A stretch of 51,730 nucleotides of DNA, from positions 1-51,730 of the forward strand of contig CANPXJ010000001.1 of assembly GCA_947585915.1 (NCBI GenBank), given 5' to 3'. Source of the DNA: an uncultured Bacilli bacterium. Its GTDB lineage: Bacteria > Bacillota_I > Bacilli_A > RF39 > UBA660. Positions 27,174-36,444 of this stretch are shown piece after piece (positions within the stretch are counted from its first letter, which is position 1; every line of letters starts with the position of its first letter). A program made the position numbers and the translations under genes. The notes beneath the pieces were generated by a model, which was given only the letters and a program-made list of their open reading frames with translations, was not told the DNA's origin and ran no database searches.

Positions 27174-27198
27174 TAAAAAAACCTACAAAAAATTGTAG
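27174..27198 (-). terminator. leuS terminator
   Basis: Minus strand CTACAA-TTTT-TTGTAG followed by G and T7. Confidence 0.65.
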
Positions 27199-27205
27199 AT
27201 TTATT

Positions 27206-29986
27206 TTATTTAACCACGATATTAACTATTTTATTTGGAACAACTATCACTTTAATTATTTCTTTTCCATCTATATGTTTTTTAGCTTTTTCATCTTGTA
27301 AAGCTAAAGTTTCTAGTTTTTCTTTTGGAGTATCTTTTTCCACTGCTATAGTACTTCGTAATTTGCCATTAACAGAAATAGCAATATTAATTTCTTTATC
27401 AACCATTTTTGCTTCATCATATTTAGGCCAAACCTCAAAACATAAAGGAGAATAACCAATTTCTTCATTTAATTCTTCTGTAATATGCGGAGCTATTGGA
27501 TTAAGTAATGTTAAAAGCAAATGATAATCATCTTTAGTTATACTTTCCTCATCATCATAAGCATTAGCTAAAATCATTAAAGCTGCTACGGCTGTATTAT
27601 AACCCATATTTTCGATATCATCTTCTACTTTTTTAATAGTCTTATTAATAATTCCTTCTAATTTTTGCGAATAACCTTTTTCATTATTCACTTTATCTTT
27701 TAAACGAATAATTTTATCAATAAAGCGTTTACAACCTTTAAGTGAGTCTGTGCTCCAAGGTGCATCTTGTTCATAGTTACCCATAAACATTTCATATAAA
27801 CGAAGAGTATCAGCACCATATTCTTTTACAATATCATCGGGATTGATAACATTTCCTTTGGATTTACTCATTTTTTCATTATTAGAACCTAAAACCATAC
27901 CATGAGAAACACGCGTCCATATCATTTCTTTTTGCGGAACTAAACCGATGTTGTATAAAAACTGAACCCAAAAACGTGCATATAATAGGTGTCGAGCCGT
28001 ATGCTCCATTCCCCCATTATACCAATCAACTCTATGCCAATATTTCATAGCATCCATTGAAGCAAATTCTTTATTATTATGAGGGTCCATAAATCTCAAG
28101 AAATACCAAGAAGAACCAGCCCAGTTAGGCATTGTATCAGTTTCTCTTTTAGCTGGGCCACCACATTTTGGACATTTACAATTAACCCATTCTTCAATTT
28201 TAGCAAGTGGACTTTCACCTGTATCAGTTGGTTCATATTCTGCTACATCAGGAAGAAGCAATGGTAATTCTTCTTCCTTCATTGGTTGCCATCCACATTT
28301 TTCGCAATAAATCATCGGAATTGGTTCGCCCCAGAATCTTTGACGAGAGAATATCCAATCACGCATTTTGTAATTAGTTTGTTTTTGACCACATTTATTT
28401 TTTTCTAACCAAGAAATCATTTTGTTAATGGCTTCTTCTTTATTTAAACCATTTAAATCAGCCGAGTTAATATGAATTCCATCTCCTACCATAGCTCCTG
28501 GGCCTTTAGCATATTCATAAGTTTTGCTATGTAACTCGTCTTTAATTTCTTTTAAGATAACATCTTCTTTTACCCACTCTACTTTTGTATCTACTTTCTT
28601 GTTATCTTTTAGTTTAAAGAAAAAACCAGTACTTTCAATATTAAAATATTTATTATCTTCTTGATTATGATGATTAATTTTTGGTAATTCATAAACTAAC
28701 TCTAAATTAGTATAGCCAGTTTCTTCTTCAATTTCTCGTTTAGCACATGCAAGTGGTGTTTCTCCCTCATTTATAGTGCCTCCAACAAATAATCTTTCTT
28801 CCCCATTTTTGATTGTTAAATATTTATCTTCTTTTTCATCATATACAATAGCTACAATCGAATTTTTCTTTTCTTCATTCTCATGAGGAGTACCGGTAAC
28901 TTCTTCTAATACTTGAACAATAGGAATGTTAAATTTTTGAGCAAATTCATAATCGCGTTCATCGTGAGCTGGAACAGCCATAATAGCACCTGTTCCATAA
29001 CTAGCTAAAACATAATCACTAATATAAATTGGAATTTTTTCTTTATTAACTGGATTAATAGCATAGGCACCCGTAAATACCCCAGTTTTTTCTTTATTAA
29101 GTTCAGTTCTTTCTAAATCATTTTTTAAAGCACAAGCTTTTTTATATTCTAAAACCTCACTCTTTTTATCAGGTGTCGTAATTATATCAACATATTTATG
29201 TTCTGGCGCTAAAACACAATAAGTTGCTCCATATAAAGTATCGCATCTAGTTGTAAAAACTGTGAAAGTTAAATCATGCTTATCTATTTTAAAGTCAACA
29301 CAAGCTCCCGTTGATTTACCAATCCAATTAATTTGCCCTAATTTTACTTTTTCAGCAAAGTTCGTATCTTTTAGACCAGTAAGTAAATCCTCAGCATAAT
29401 CCGACATTCTTAGCATCCATTGTGATTTTTCTTTTTGAATTACGGGATGGCCACAACGTTCACAAACTCCTCCTGCTGAATCTTCATTAGATAAAACTGT
29501 TTTACAATTTTCACACCAATTAACCGGTACTTTTTCTTTGTAAGCCATACCATGTTTATAAAATTGTAAAAACTGCCATTGCGTCCATCTATAATAATCT
29601 GGATCAGTTGTCGAAAATTCTCGGCTCCAATCAAAAGAAAATCCTATTGATTGCATTTGTTTTTTAAAAGTAGCAATATTTTTTTTAACTGCTTCTTTAG
29701 GATGAATATGATTTTTTATGGCAAATTGCTCGGCTGGGGCACCAAAAGCATCCCATCCCATAGGATATAAAACATTATAACCTTTCATTCTTTTTAAACG
29801 AGCCAAAGAATCTAGAGCTGTATAACTTCTAACGTGCCCTACATGTAAACCTGCTCCTGAGGGATAAGGAAATTCAACTAAAATATAATATGGTTCCTTT
29901 TTATCCCCTGTTACAGCCTCAAAAACTTTATTTTCTTCCCAATATTTTTGCCATTTAGCCTCTATTTTTTTGTGTCCTTTTTCCAT
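27206..29986 (-). CDS. leuS: Leucine--tRNA ligase carrying an inserted Nudix domain
   Basis: HVGH and KMSKS motifs, CP1 editing motif TTRCDTLYGATY, zinc CxxC pairs. At 926 aa it is longer than typical bacterial LeuRS because of the insertion at residues ~362-495. Confidence 0.95.
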   Translation of the reverse strand: MEKGHKKIEAKWQKYWEENKVFEAVTGDKKEPYYILVEFPYPSGAGLHVGHVRSYTALDSLARLKRMKGYNVLYPMGWDAFGAPAEQFAIKNHIHPKEAVKKNIATFKKQMQSIGFSFDWSREFSTTDPDYYRWTQWQFLQFYKHGMAYKEKVPVNWCENCKTVLSNEDSAGGVCERCGHPVIQKEKSQWMLRMSDYAEDLLTGLKDTNFAEKVKLGQINWIGKSTGACVDFKIDKHDLTFTVFTTRCDTLYGATYCVLAPEHKYVDIITTPDKKSEVLEYKKACALKNDLERTELNKEKTGVFTGAYAINPVNKEKIPIYISDYVLASYGTGAIMAVPAHDERDYEFAQKFNIPIVQVLEEVTGTPHENEEKKNSIVAIVYDEKEDKYLTIKNGEERLFVGGTINEGETPLACAKREIEEETGYTNLELVYELPKINHHNQEDNKYFNIESTGFFFKLKDNKKVDTKVEWVKEDVILKEIKDELHSKTYEYAKGPGAMVGDGIHINSADLNGLNKEEAINKMISWLEKNKCGQKQTNYKMRDWIFSRQRFWGEPIPMIYCEKCGWQPMKEEELPLLLPDVAEYEPTDTGESPLAKIEEWVNCKCPKCGGPAKRETDTMPNWAGSSWYFLRFMDPHNNKEFASMDAMKYWHRVDWYNGGMEHTARHLLYARFWVQFLYNIGLVPQKEMIWTRVSHGMVLGSNNEKMSKSKGNVINPDDIVKEYGADTLRLYEMFMGNYEQDAPWSTDSLKGCKRFIDKIIRLKDKVNNEKGYSQKLEGIINKTIKKVEDDIENMGYNTAVAALMILANAYDDEESITKDDYHLLLTLLNPIAPHITEELNEEIGYSPLCFEVWPKYDEAKMVDKEINIAISVNGKLRSTIAVEKDTPKEKLETLALQDEKAKKHIDGKEIIKVIVVPNKIVNIVVK
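28502..28903 (-). other. Nudix hydrolase domain inserted in-frame in LeuRS
   Basis: Perfect Nudix box G-x5-E-x7-REUxEExGU: G403 TINEG E TPLACAK REIEEETGY (nt 28712-28780). Flanked by beta-strand-like NSIVAIVYDEKEDKYLTIKNGEERLFVGG. Lies between the conserved LeuRS blocks AVPAHDERDYEFAQKFNIPIVQVL and GDGIHINSADLNGL. Confidence 0.85.
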
Positions 29987-30332
29987 TTGTTTTCCATCCT
30001 TTCTTTTTACAATATATTCCTAATAATTCATAGAATAAAAACATCATTACAAATAATACTACAAAAGCTATTAACATTTGCCACATAAATTTAATTGGTA
30101 AAATACTAATAATCGTACAAACAAATGATATTATAAAAGCATTTGTTATATTAACTAGTCTAATAATCTTTTTATAGTCTATTTTTCTTCGATTTAAACC
30201 AAACCTATTAACTAAATAATTAACTTCCCATAAATTCTTTTTATTCTTTTTAAGTTTTCTTCCATTTAAAATAACGAATACGAGCCATGATACAAAAAAT
30301 AAAATGAGAAAAAAGATTAAATTAAATAACAT
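29955..30332 (-). CDS. Small three-TM membrane protein between the T-box and leuS
   Basis: 125 aa. RBS AGGAGG lies 9 nt before ATG 30332. Its stop at 29955-29957 overlaps the leuS start by 32 nt. Confidence 0.5.
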   Translation of the reverse strand: MLFNLIFFLILFFVSWLVFVILNGRKLKKNKKNLWEVNYLVNRFGLNRRKIDYKKIIRLVNITNAFIISFVCTIISILPIKFMWQMLIAFVVLFVMMFLFYELLGIYCKKKGWKTNGKRTQKNRG

Positions 30333-30351
30333 AAACAACATCCTCCTAATA

Positions 30352-30545
30352 AAAAAACGTCCTTAATAAGGGCGAAAAATTTCGTGGTACCACCTTAATT
30401 CCTAGTATAATAACTAGCTTATAATCCATAAGGGAGATGACCCATCACATCCAAAAGCAAGTTCATATATCATTATTGCTAGTTTCCATCAACCACTAGC
30501 TTTCTTTAAAATAAATAATATACTACTACTCTTTTTTCTTCGCTT
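30352..30545 (-). promoter_or_regulatory. T-box riboswitch, Leu specifier (CUU)
   Basis: Minus strand elements: AGAGUA GA-motif; distal stem I CUAGUGGUUGAUGGAAACUAG; specifier loop ..AUGAA-CUU-G; T-box sequence AAUUAAGGUGGUACCACG (GGTGGTACCACG at 30383-30394); terminator CGCCCUUAUUAAGGACG plus U7. Confidence 0.85.
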
Positions 30546-30551
30546 GCTAAT

Positions 30552-30580
30552 ATTATATTAAAAATTAAAAATTTATTCAA
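30552..30580 (-). promoter_or_regulatory. Promoter of the T-box/leuS unit
   Basis: Minus strand TTGAAT(30580-30575)-17 nt-TATAAT(30557-30552). Confidence 0.6.
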
Positions 30581-30722
30581 CAATATTTCTTAAATTTTTC
30601 TCTTTATTTTTTCTTGACATTAACTTATCTTTTTTTATTTTTAATGTGTAAAATTATTGTATAGCTTGTTATGAAAAATATACAATCAGTTTTAGATATA
30701 TTATAATTTAAATGTGATAATT

Positions 30723-31583
30723 ATGCGTAACAAACCAATTAAAATTATATTTACATTAATACTATCAATTGTCTTTTGCTTTACAGTTATAGCCGACTCA
30801 GGTTGGGACACCGATTATGACAGTGGTGGTTTTGGAGGATATGACAGTGGCGGCTACGACTATGGTGGTGGTTGGGACTATGACGATTGGGATTATGACC
30901 GTCCTAATAATTACCATTCTTCCTCTAGTTCTTCTGGCGGGGATGTTTATACACTTATGATGATTTTTGCTGTAATTTTAATAATTGTTCTTTTAAGTAC
31001 AAATCGCAAAAATGCTTATTATTCTAAATCTAGCACTAAATTTAATGATATAAGTAATGAGACTTTACAAAAACTATTACCTACTTATACAGTTGAGGCT
31101 TTAAAAATGGAAGCATTACAAAAATTTATTGATATTCAAAATGCTTGGACGAACTTTGATTATGAAAAATTAAGACAATTATGTTCTGATGAACTTTACA
31201 ATTCCTACATAAGTGAACTCGACGTATTAAAACTTAAAGGGAATCAAAATATTATGAGTGATTTTAGTCATAACGATATTAAACTAATTAATATCAAAGA
31301 AGAACAAGAATTGATTACCCTATATTTCTATTTAGACATTTCTTTTTATGATTATGTTGTTGATAAAGACAAAAAAGTCGTAAGAGGTACAGATGTTCAT
31401 AAAATTAATAATCGTTACTATTTAAGATTTACGAGAAGCAAAAATGCTGTTGATAAAATCAAAAATTGTCCTAATTGTGGCGCACCGATTAAAAATATGG
31501 CTTCTCAAAAATGTGAATATTGTGGCAGTACAATTGTAAAATCGACAACGAATTTAGTTTTAAGTAAGAAAAATAAATTTTAA
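30723..31583 (+). CDS. Bitopic protein: Gly/Asp/Tyr-rich exo-segment, TM helix, Tim44-like domain, C-terminal zinc ribbon
   Basis: Signal/TM segment, then DSGWDTDYDSGGFGGYDSGGYDYGGGWDYDDWDYD, then a TM helix. FIDIQNAWTNFDYEKLRQLCSDELY is a Tim44-like pattern. Ends in CPNCGAP..CEYCGS. Confidence 0.55.
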   Translation: MRNKPIKIIFTLILSIVFCFTVIADSGWDTDYDSGGFGGYDSGGYDYGGGWDYDDWDYDRPNNYHSSSSSSGGDVYTLMMIFAVILIIVLLSTNRKNAYYSKSSTKFNDISNETLQKLLPTYTVEALKMEALQKFIDIQNAWTNFDYEKLRQLCSDELYNSYISELDVLKLKGNQNIMSDFSHNDIKLINIKEEQELITLYFYLDISFYDYVVDKDKKVVRGTDVHKINNRYYLRFTRSKNAVDKIKNCPNCGAPIKNMASQKCEYCGSTIVKSTTNLVLSKKNKF

Positions 31584-31595
31584 AAGGTGAAATAA

Positions 31596-32138
31596 ATGAG
31601 TAAAGAAGAATTTTTAAAAAACAATCCAGATTTTAATGAAACTATGTTTATTGCCAAGATAAATAATATTTTTGTTAAACTTTTAACAAGTATTATGACC
31701 GATAAATTAGAAGAAGTAAAACATTTTTTAAGTACTGAAGTTTATACCTATGCTCAAAGCGTTATAAATGAAGCTAAAAGTTTAAATGGCACGCATATGT
31801 TTGATGAAATTAATATCAAAGATAGTATGATAACTGATTATATAGTAAATAAAGATGTTTATCAAATTAATGTCTACTTGCAATCAAAATACATGGATTA
31901 TATAATTGATTTAAGTAATAGTAAAATTATAAGAGGAAATAATAATCACCGAATTGATGTGAATTATAATTTAACTTTTACTAAAAAAATAAAGACTTTA
32001 AATCAAGAAGTAGTAAGGCGTTGTCCAGGTTGTGGCGCGCCACTTAGCGTTAATACATCAGGCTTATGTGAATATTGTGGCAGTACATACAATCAAGAAG
32101 ATTATGATTGGATTTTAAAAAAAATTACCCGAATTTAA
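31596..32138 (+). CDS. Soluble Tim44-like domain protein with C-terminal zinc ribbon (paralog of the preceding gene)
   Basis: Same domain order without the exo/TM part. CPGCGAP..CEYCGS. Confidence 0.5.
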   Translation: MSKEEFLKNNPDFNETMFIAKINNIFVKLLTSIMTDKLEEVKHFLSTEVYTYAQSVINEAKSLNGTHMFDEINIKDSMITDYIVNKDVYQINVYLQSKYMDYIIDLSNSKIIRGNNNHRIDVNYNLTFTKKIKTLNQEVVRRCPGCGAPLSVNTSGLCEYCGSTYNQEDYDWILKKITRI

Positions 32139-32150
32139 GGAGGAGATATT

Positions 32151-33254
32151 ATGGGTTTAATTAAAGCAATAGGTGGTGCTATATCATCTAATTTAAAAGA
32201 TCAATTTAAGGAGTTTATCGTTTGTCCAACAACAAGTGAGCATTTTTTAATAGCTCGAGGCGTTATTAAGGATGAAAAAAATAATAACAACGCTACTGTT
32301 AATGTTATTAGTAATGGAAGCACAATTGTTGTACCTCAAGGTTATGCTATGATGGTAGTTGATAATGGTAAAATCACTGAATTTAGTGCAGAGGCTGGAG
32401 AATTTACTTATGATAGTGGTAAAGAACCAAGTATCTTTTATGGCTCACTTGGCAAAAATATAGTTGATACTATTAAAAATATTGGTTCTAGAATTACTTA
32501 TGCCGGTAATGCACCCGAAGATCAAAGAGTTTATTATATTAATATTTTAAATAATACTGGTAATAAATTTGGTACACCTCAACCTAAAAAAATTACTGAT
32601 GAAAAGTATGGTATCATTGAGGTTACATTTTTTGGAGAATATGCCTACAAAGTTGATAATCCTGTTACCCTAATTAATAGTGTTATAGGAGCTAATCCTA
32701 AAGATATTATTACTTTTGAAGAAATTATTGGCAGTCAATTAAAACAAGAATTTGTTGAACAACTTACCAAAGCTATTTCTAATGTCATGCGTAATAAAAA
32801 AGTATCTATTGGTGATATGGGCTTGCATGGTAGTGATATTTCTAATGAAATGAATAACATTTTAAGTACAGCCTGGAAAGAAAAATATGGTATTATTGTT
32901 ACTGATGTAGCTATGGGAGATATTAATGTTACTGATGAATCATTAGCTAGAATTAATCAAATAGATGATGCCAAAATTTTCTCAGATCCCAATTTACAAT
33001 CTGGTTTAATGGCTTCTTCAACAGCTAGTGCTTTAAAAAATGCTTCGCAAAATGAAAATGGCGCTATGGCTGGTTTTATGGGAATGAATATGGCTACAAA
33101 TGCTGGAGCTAATCTAATGGGAGCTGTTAATTCAACCAATAATCCAAACAACCAAAACACTCAAGAGTCAGGAAAAACAAATTTCTGTCCTAATTGTGGT
33201 CAACCTAATAATGGAAGTAATTTCTGTCCTAATTGTGGAGCTAAATTAAATTAA
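32151..33254 (+). CDS. SPFH/Band-7-like protein (COG4260, YdjI-like) with a C-terminal double zinc ribbon
   Basis: N-terminus MGLIKAIGGAISSNLKDQFKEFIVCP...NVISNGSTIVVPQGYAMMVVDNGKI. A Gly/Ala/Met/Asn-rich linker. Ends in FCPNCGQP..FCPNCGAK. Confidence 0.6.
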   Translation: MGLIKAIGGAISSNLKDQFKEFIVCPTTSEHFLIARGVIKDEKNNNNATVNVISNGSTIVVPQGYAMMVVDNGKITEFSAEAGEFTYDSGKEPSIFYGSLGKNIVDTIKNIGSRITYAGNAPEDQRVYYINILNNTGNKFGTPQPKKITDEKYGIIEVTFFGEYAYKVDNPVTLINSVIGANPKDIITFEEIIGSQLKQEFVEQLTKAISNVMRNKKVSIGDMGLHGSDISNEMNNILSTAWKEKYGIIVTDVAMGDINVTDESLARINQIDDAKIFSDPNLQSGLMASSTASALKNASQNENGAMAGFMGMNMATNAGANLMGAVNSTNNPNNQNTQESGKTNFCPNCGQPNNGSNFCPNCGAKLN

Positions 33255-33266
33255 TAAAGTTGTATC

Positions 33267-33299
33267 AAAAAAGCACACGTAAGTGTGTGTTTTTTTTTT
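33267..33299. terminator. Bidirectional terminator between convergent genes
   Basis: A run, CACAC-GTAA-GTGTG, then T10. Confidence 0.7.
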
Positions 33300-33305
33300 G
33301 ATAAT

Positions 33306-35720
33306 TTAAATTTCCGCAATATATTCTAATAATTTAATAAACATACGGACAAATAAACTTTTTAATCCCTTTCGATGGAGCTTTCTAATAGCAATTCTTT
33401 TTTTGCTTATATCATCTTCACTATAGAAAATATTAGCAATTTCCTCTTTTAAAGAAGTTTTAATTTGTAAGTCACTGATGATCGAATCAACATCTTCATT
33501 AATAAGACGAACAGCATTTATTTCAATATCTTTTCCTTTACAATTAATAGTAAGCTGTCTAGTTGTTGGCACATCTTGAACCTCTACTATAAAATCGGCA
33601 TCATCAACATAAGCATTATAAGCAACCCCATCTTTATCGACAAAGGCACTAACCTCTTCGGCAAGTTTAGTGTTTCTAAATCTGATTTTATAATTTCTAG
33701 TATCAGGAATAATTCCTCCCTTACCTTCAGTTGGTCTAATTATTAAAGTATAATTATTAGCAAGATAATTGTATTCAATTCTTGTATTTATAAAATAACC
33801 ATCTTCGTGCAAGCGCGTTACCCCATCATCTTCATATAAATTATAAAAATTACTACGGCCAGGGAAAACATGGATTTCCATTGATTTAGGAGCATCAGTA
33901 ATATTTTTATTATCTTCTAGTCTAGCCATAGGAATAATTGAACCACTACGAGCATAGACAGGATAATCTTCATCTTTAAAGAATAAAACATATCTTTTAT
34001 TACCAACAATCTTCTTACCGGTTTTAAAATCATACCACATACCATTTGGTAAAAATATTCTTTCCACGGCCCTATTCATGACAGGATCTTTTTTACTAGT
34101 AATTGGACAGACAAATAACTCACTACCAAAGAAATATTCATTTTTATATAATGGTTCATCATATATTTCTGGATAGATATAATAAAGAGGTTGAATAATA
34201 GGTAACCCAGTTTTGGAATACTTGTACGCTTCAGCATACAAATAAGGAATTAAACGATGTCTTAACTGACAATAATTAGTAACAATACTTAAAGTACGAA
34301 CATCCCAACGCCATGGTTCTCTTTTATAAAAGTGACCCTCTTTAGAAGAAAATCTAAAGATTGGACTATAAGCTCCTAACTGAACATAGCGAGTATATAA
34401 CTCTGGATCTTCAATTCCGTCTTTATAACCACCTATATCATGACTCCACCAAGTAATACCTATATTACTAGCGGAACTATTATAAAAAGGCAAATATTTT
34501 AAAGTTTTCCAACTAACTATAGTTTCACCTGAATATAAAACTGGATAACGATGAGCAGCTACTCCACCATTTCGACTTAAAATTAATCCTCTTTTTGATT
34601 TATCAACTTTTGTACTATTATATTGATAATAATTTAAAGCTCTTAAGGTTAAAGTATCCATTGTATTATAATAATCAATCCAATAAAAATCAGTGCCCAT
34701 ATCAGTTAATGGTTTAATAAGTTTTTCTAGATAGGTATTGACTATATATTTATCAAAAACATTAAAAGGAATTATATCTTTATTAACCATCCCTAATTCT
34801 GTTGAAATTTCACTATAAGCCTCTTCATGAGGCATTATTCCTTCTTTAGGATCGATATTTAAACCAAGTCGAACTCCTCTTTCATGCAAAAACGAAGTCA
34901 AATTTTCGGGATTCGGAAAATCTTCCGGATCAAAAGTATAACCAGTTTTCATAATATTAGGATTTTTAGGATCTTTAATGTGCCATCTATGTCCTAAAAG
35001 TAAAATACTTAAAGGGATTTCATATTTTTTAAAAGAATTTACTAAATCTCTAACATCTTCAAAAGCATAATCTTGGTCTTTATTCCACCAAATTCCTAAA
35101 GCATACCTTGGAATTAAAGCAGGATAACCAGTTAAATGAAAATAATCTCTTAAACATAAACCAAAATCTCTTCGATAGATAAATAAATATGTATCTACTC
35201 TAATAGCATCTCTTTTAATAAGTCCGCCTTCATCATCAATAACTAAAGTTCTAGAATCATCTAAAGTTGCAAATCCATCGGTAGAATATAATCCTCTTTC
35301 TAGTTTAACATTTCCCTCGGTGTTATCTAAAGACATTGCCGTACCATTAAAGTTACGAGCCTCGGGGTGATTATAATACCAAAATTTATCGGTACCATTT
35401 AAAATAACTTTTAAATTAGCATCGGGTGCGACTTTAGAACCAGCAAAAGGTCTTCCTTTAATATAGTTCATACTAAAATATTTAGTTGTAATACTTAATA
35501 CTTTGTCATCTTCTTTTACTTCCATTTGAGGAACAGTAAAATTTCGATTCAAAACTAATTCGGTAGGTCGATCTAAAAATTTACCATCCTCAGCATATTC
35601 AAACCTAATTAAAAGTTCACTTAAAATAGTGATACGATATTTATCACCTTGAAATATAGCTTCTTTTTTACTTACAGAATTACTTTGGTCAAATTTTAAA
35701 TATTCTGGTAATTTTGCCAC
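33306..35720 (-). CDS. Glycoside hydrolase family 31 (alpha-glucosidase/alpha-xylosidase-like)
   Basis: 804 aa. Motifs DFYWIDYYN and WWSHDIGGY typical of GH31 catalytic regions. Confidence 0.75.
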   Translation of the reverse strand: MAKLPEYLKFDQSNSVSKKEAIFQGDKYRITILSELLIRFEYAEDGKFLDRPTELVLNRNFTVPQMEVKEDDKVLSITTKYFSMNYIKGRPFAGSKVAPDANLKVILNGTDKFWYYNHPEARNFNGTAMSLDNTEGNVKLERGLYSTDGFATLDDSRTLVIDDEGGLIKRDAIRVDTYLFIYRRDFGLCLRDYFHLTGYPALIPRYALGIWWNKDQDYAFEDVRDLVNSFKKYEIPLSILLLGHRWHIKDPKNPNIMKTGYTFDPEDFPNPENLTSFLHERGVRLGLNIDPKEGIMPHEEAYSEISTELGMVNKDIIPFNVFDKYIVNTYLEKLIKPLTDMGTDFYWIDYYNTMDTLTLRALNYYQYNSTKVDKSKRGLILSRNGGVAAHRYPVLYSGETIVSWKTLKYLPFYNSSASNIGITWWSHDIGGYKDGIEDPELYTRYVQLGAYSPIFRFSSKEGHFYKREPWRWDVRTLSIVTNYCQLRHRLIPYLYAEAYKYSKTGLPIIQPLYYIYPEIYDEPLYKNEYFFGSELFVCPITSKKDPVMNRAVERIFLPNGMWYDFKTGKKIVGNKRYVLFFKDEDYPVYARSGSIIPMARLEDNKNITDAPKSMEIHVFPGRSNFYNLYEDDGVTRLHEDGYFINTRIEYNYLANNYTLIIRPTEGKGGIIPDTRNYKIRFRNTKLAEEVSAFVDKDGVAYNAYVDDADFIVEVQDVPTTRQLTINCKGKDIEINAVRLINEDVDSIISDLQIKTSLKEEIANIFYSEDDISKKRIAIRKLHRKGLKSLFVRMFIKLLEYIAEI

Positions 35721-35805
35721 ACTAAACCACCTCTATTATAAATAATATAACACTAAATCGCCTTATTTAAAAGAGTGTAAAGTTAGTTTGACAAATTTAG
35801 ACATC

Positions 35806-36444
35806 TTAAGCTTTTACCTTTTTTGCCTCTTGAACTGGTTTATAAGAAAAACGATAATTATCTAAAACACCATATTTTTTAATAGCTTCTAAGTGTTCTT
35901 TCGTTGGATAACCTTTATGTCTTTTAAAACCATATTCAGGATATTTCTCATCAAGGTCATACATCATTTTATCTCGAGTGACTTTGGCAATAACACTTGC
36001 AGCAGCAATCGATAAAGATAGCGCATCCCCATGAATAATACTAGTAGATGGAATATCTAAATCAAGTGGCATTGCATCTACTAAAATATGTTCCGGTTTT
36101 ATTTTTAAATTATTTATAGCTTTTATCATTGCTAGACGAGAAGCCTGATAAATATTAATTTCATCAATTGTTTTGGCATCTACTATCCCAATTCCAATTG
36201 CAATCGCTTCTTCGTTAATTATTTTATAAAAAGTATTTCTTTTTTTCTCACTTAATTTTTTAGAATCATTTAAACCTACTAGGTGATAATCTTTAGGTAA
36301 AATAACAGCCGCAGCTACAACAGGTCCAACTAAAGGTCCTCTTCCTACTTCATCTACCCCGGCAATTAAAGTAATATCCTTTATATATAATTCTTTTTCA
36401 TATTTTAATAAATCAGGCATATTTAAAACCTGATTTCTTTTCAT
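35806..36444 (-). CDS. rnhB: Ribonuclease HII
   Basis: [21 protein letters not shown] and DSKKLS motifs. The start is uncertain (ATG 36444 or ATG 36420; both have weak RBS). Confidence 0.9.
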   Translation of the reverse strand: MKRNQVLNMPDLLKYEKELYIKDITLIAGVDEVGRGPLVGPVVAAAVILPKDYHLVGLNDSKKLSEKKRNTFYKIINEEAIAIGIGIVDAKTIDEINIYQASRLAMIKAINNLKIKPEHILVDAMPLDLDIPSTSIIHGDALSLSIAAASVIAKVTRDKMMYDLDEKYPEYGFKRHKGYPTKEHLEAIKKYGVLDNYRFSYKPVQEAKKVKA

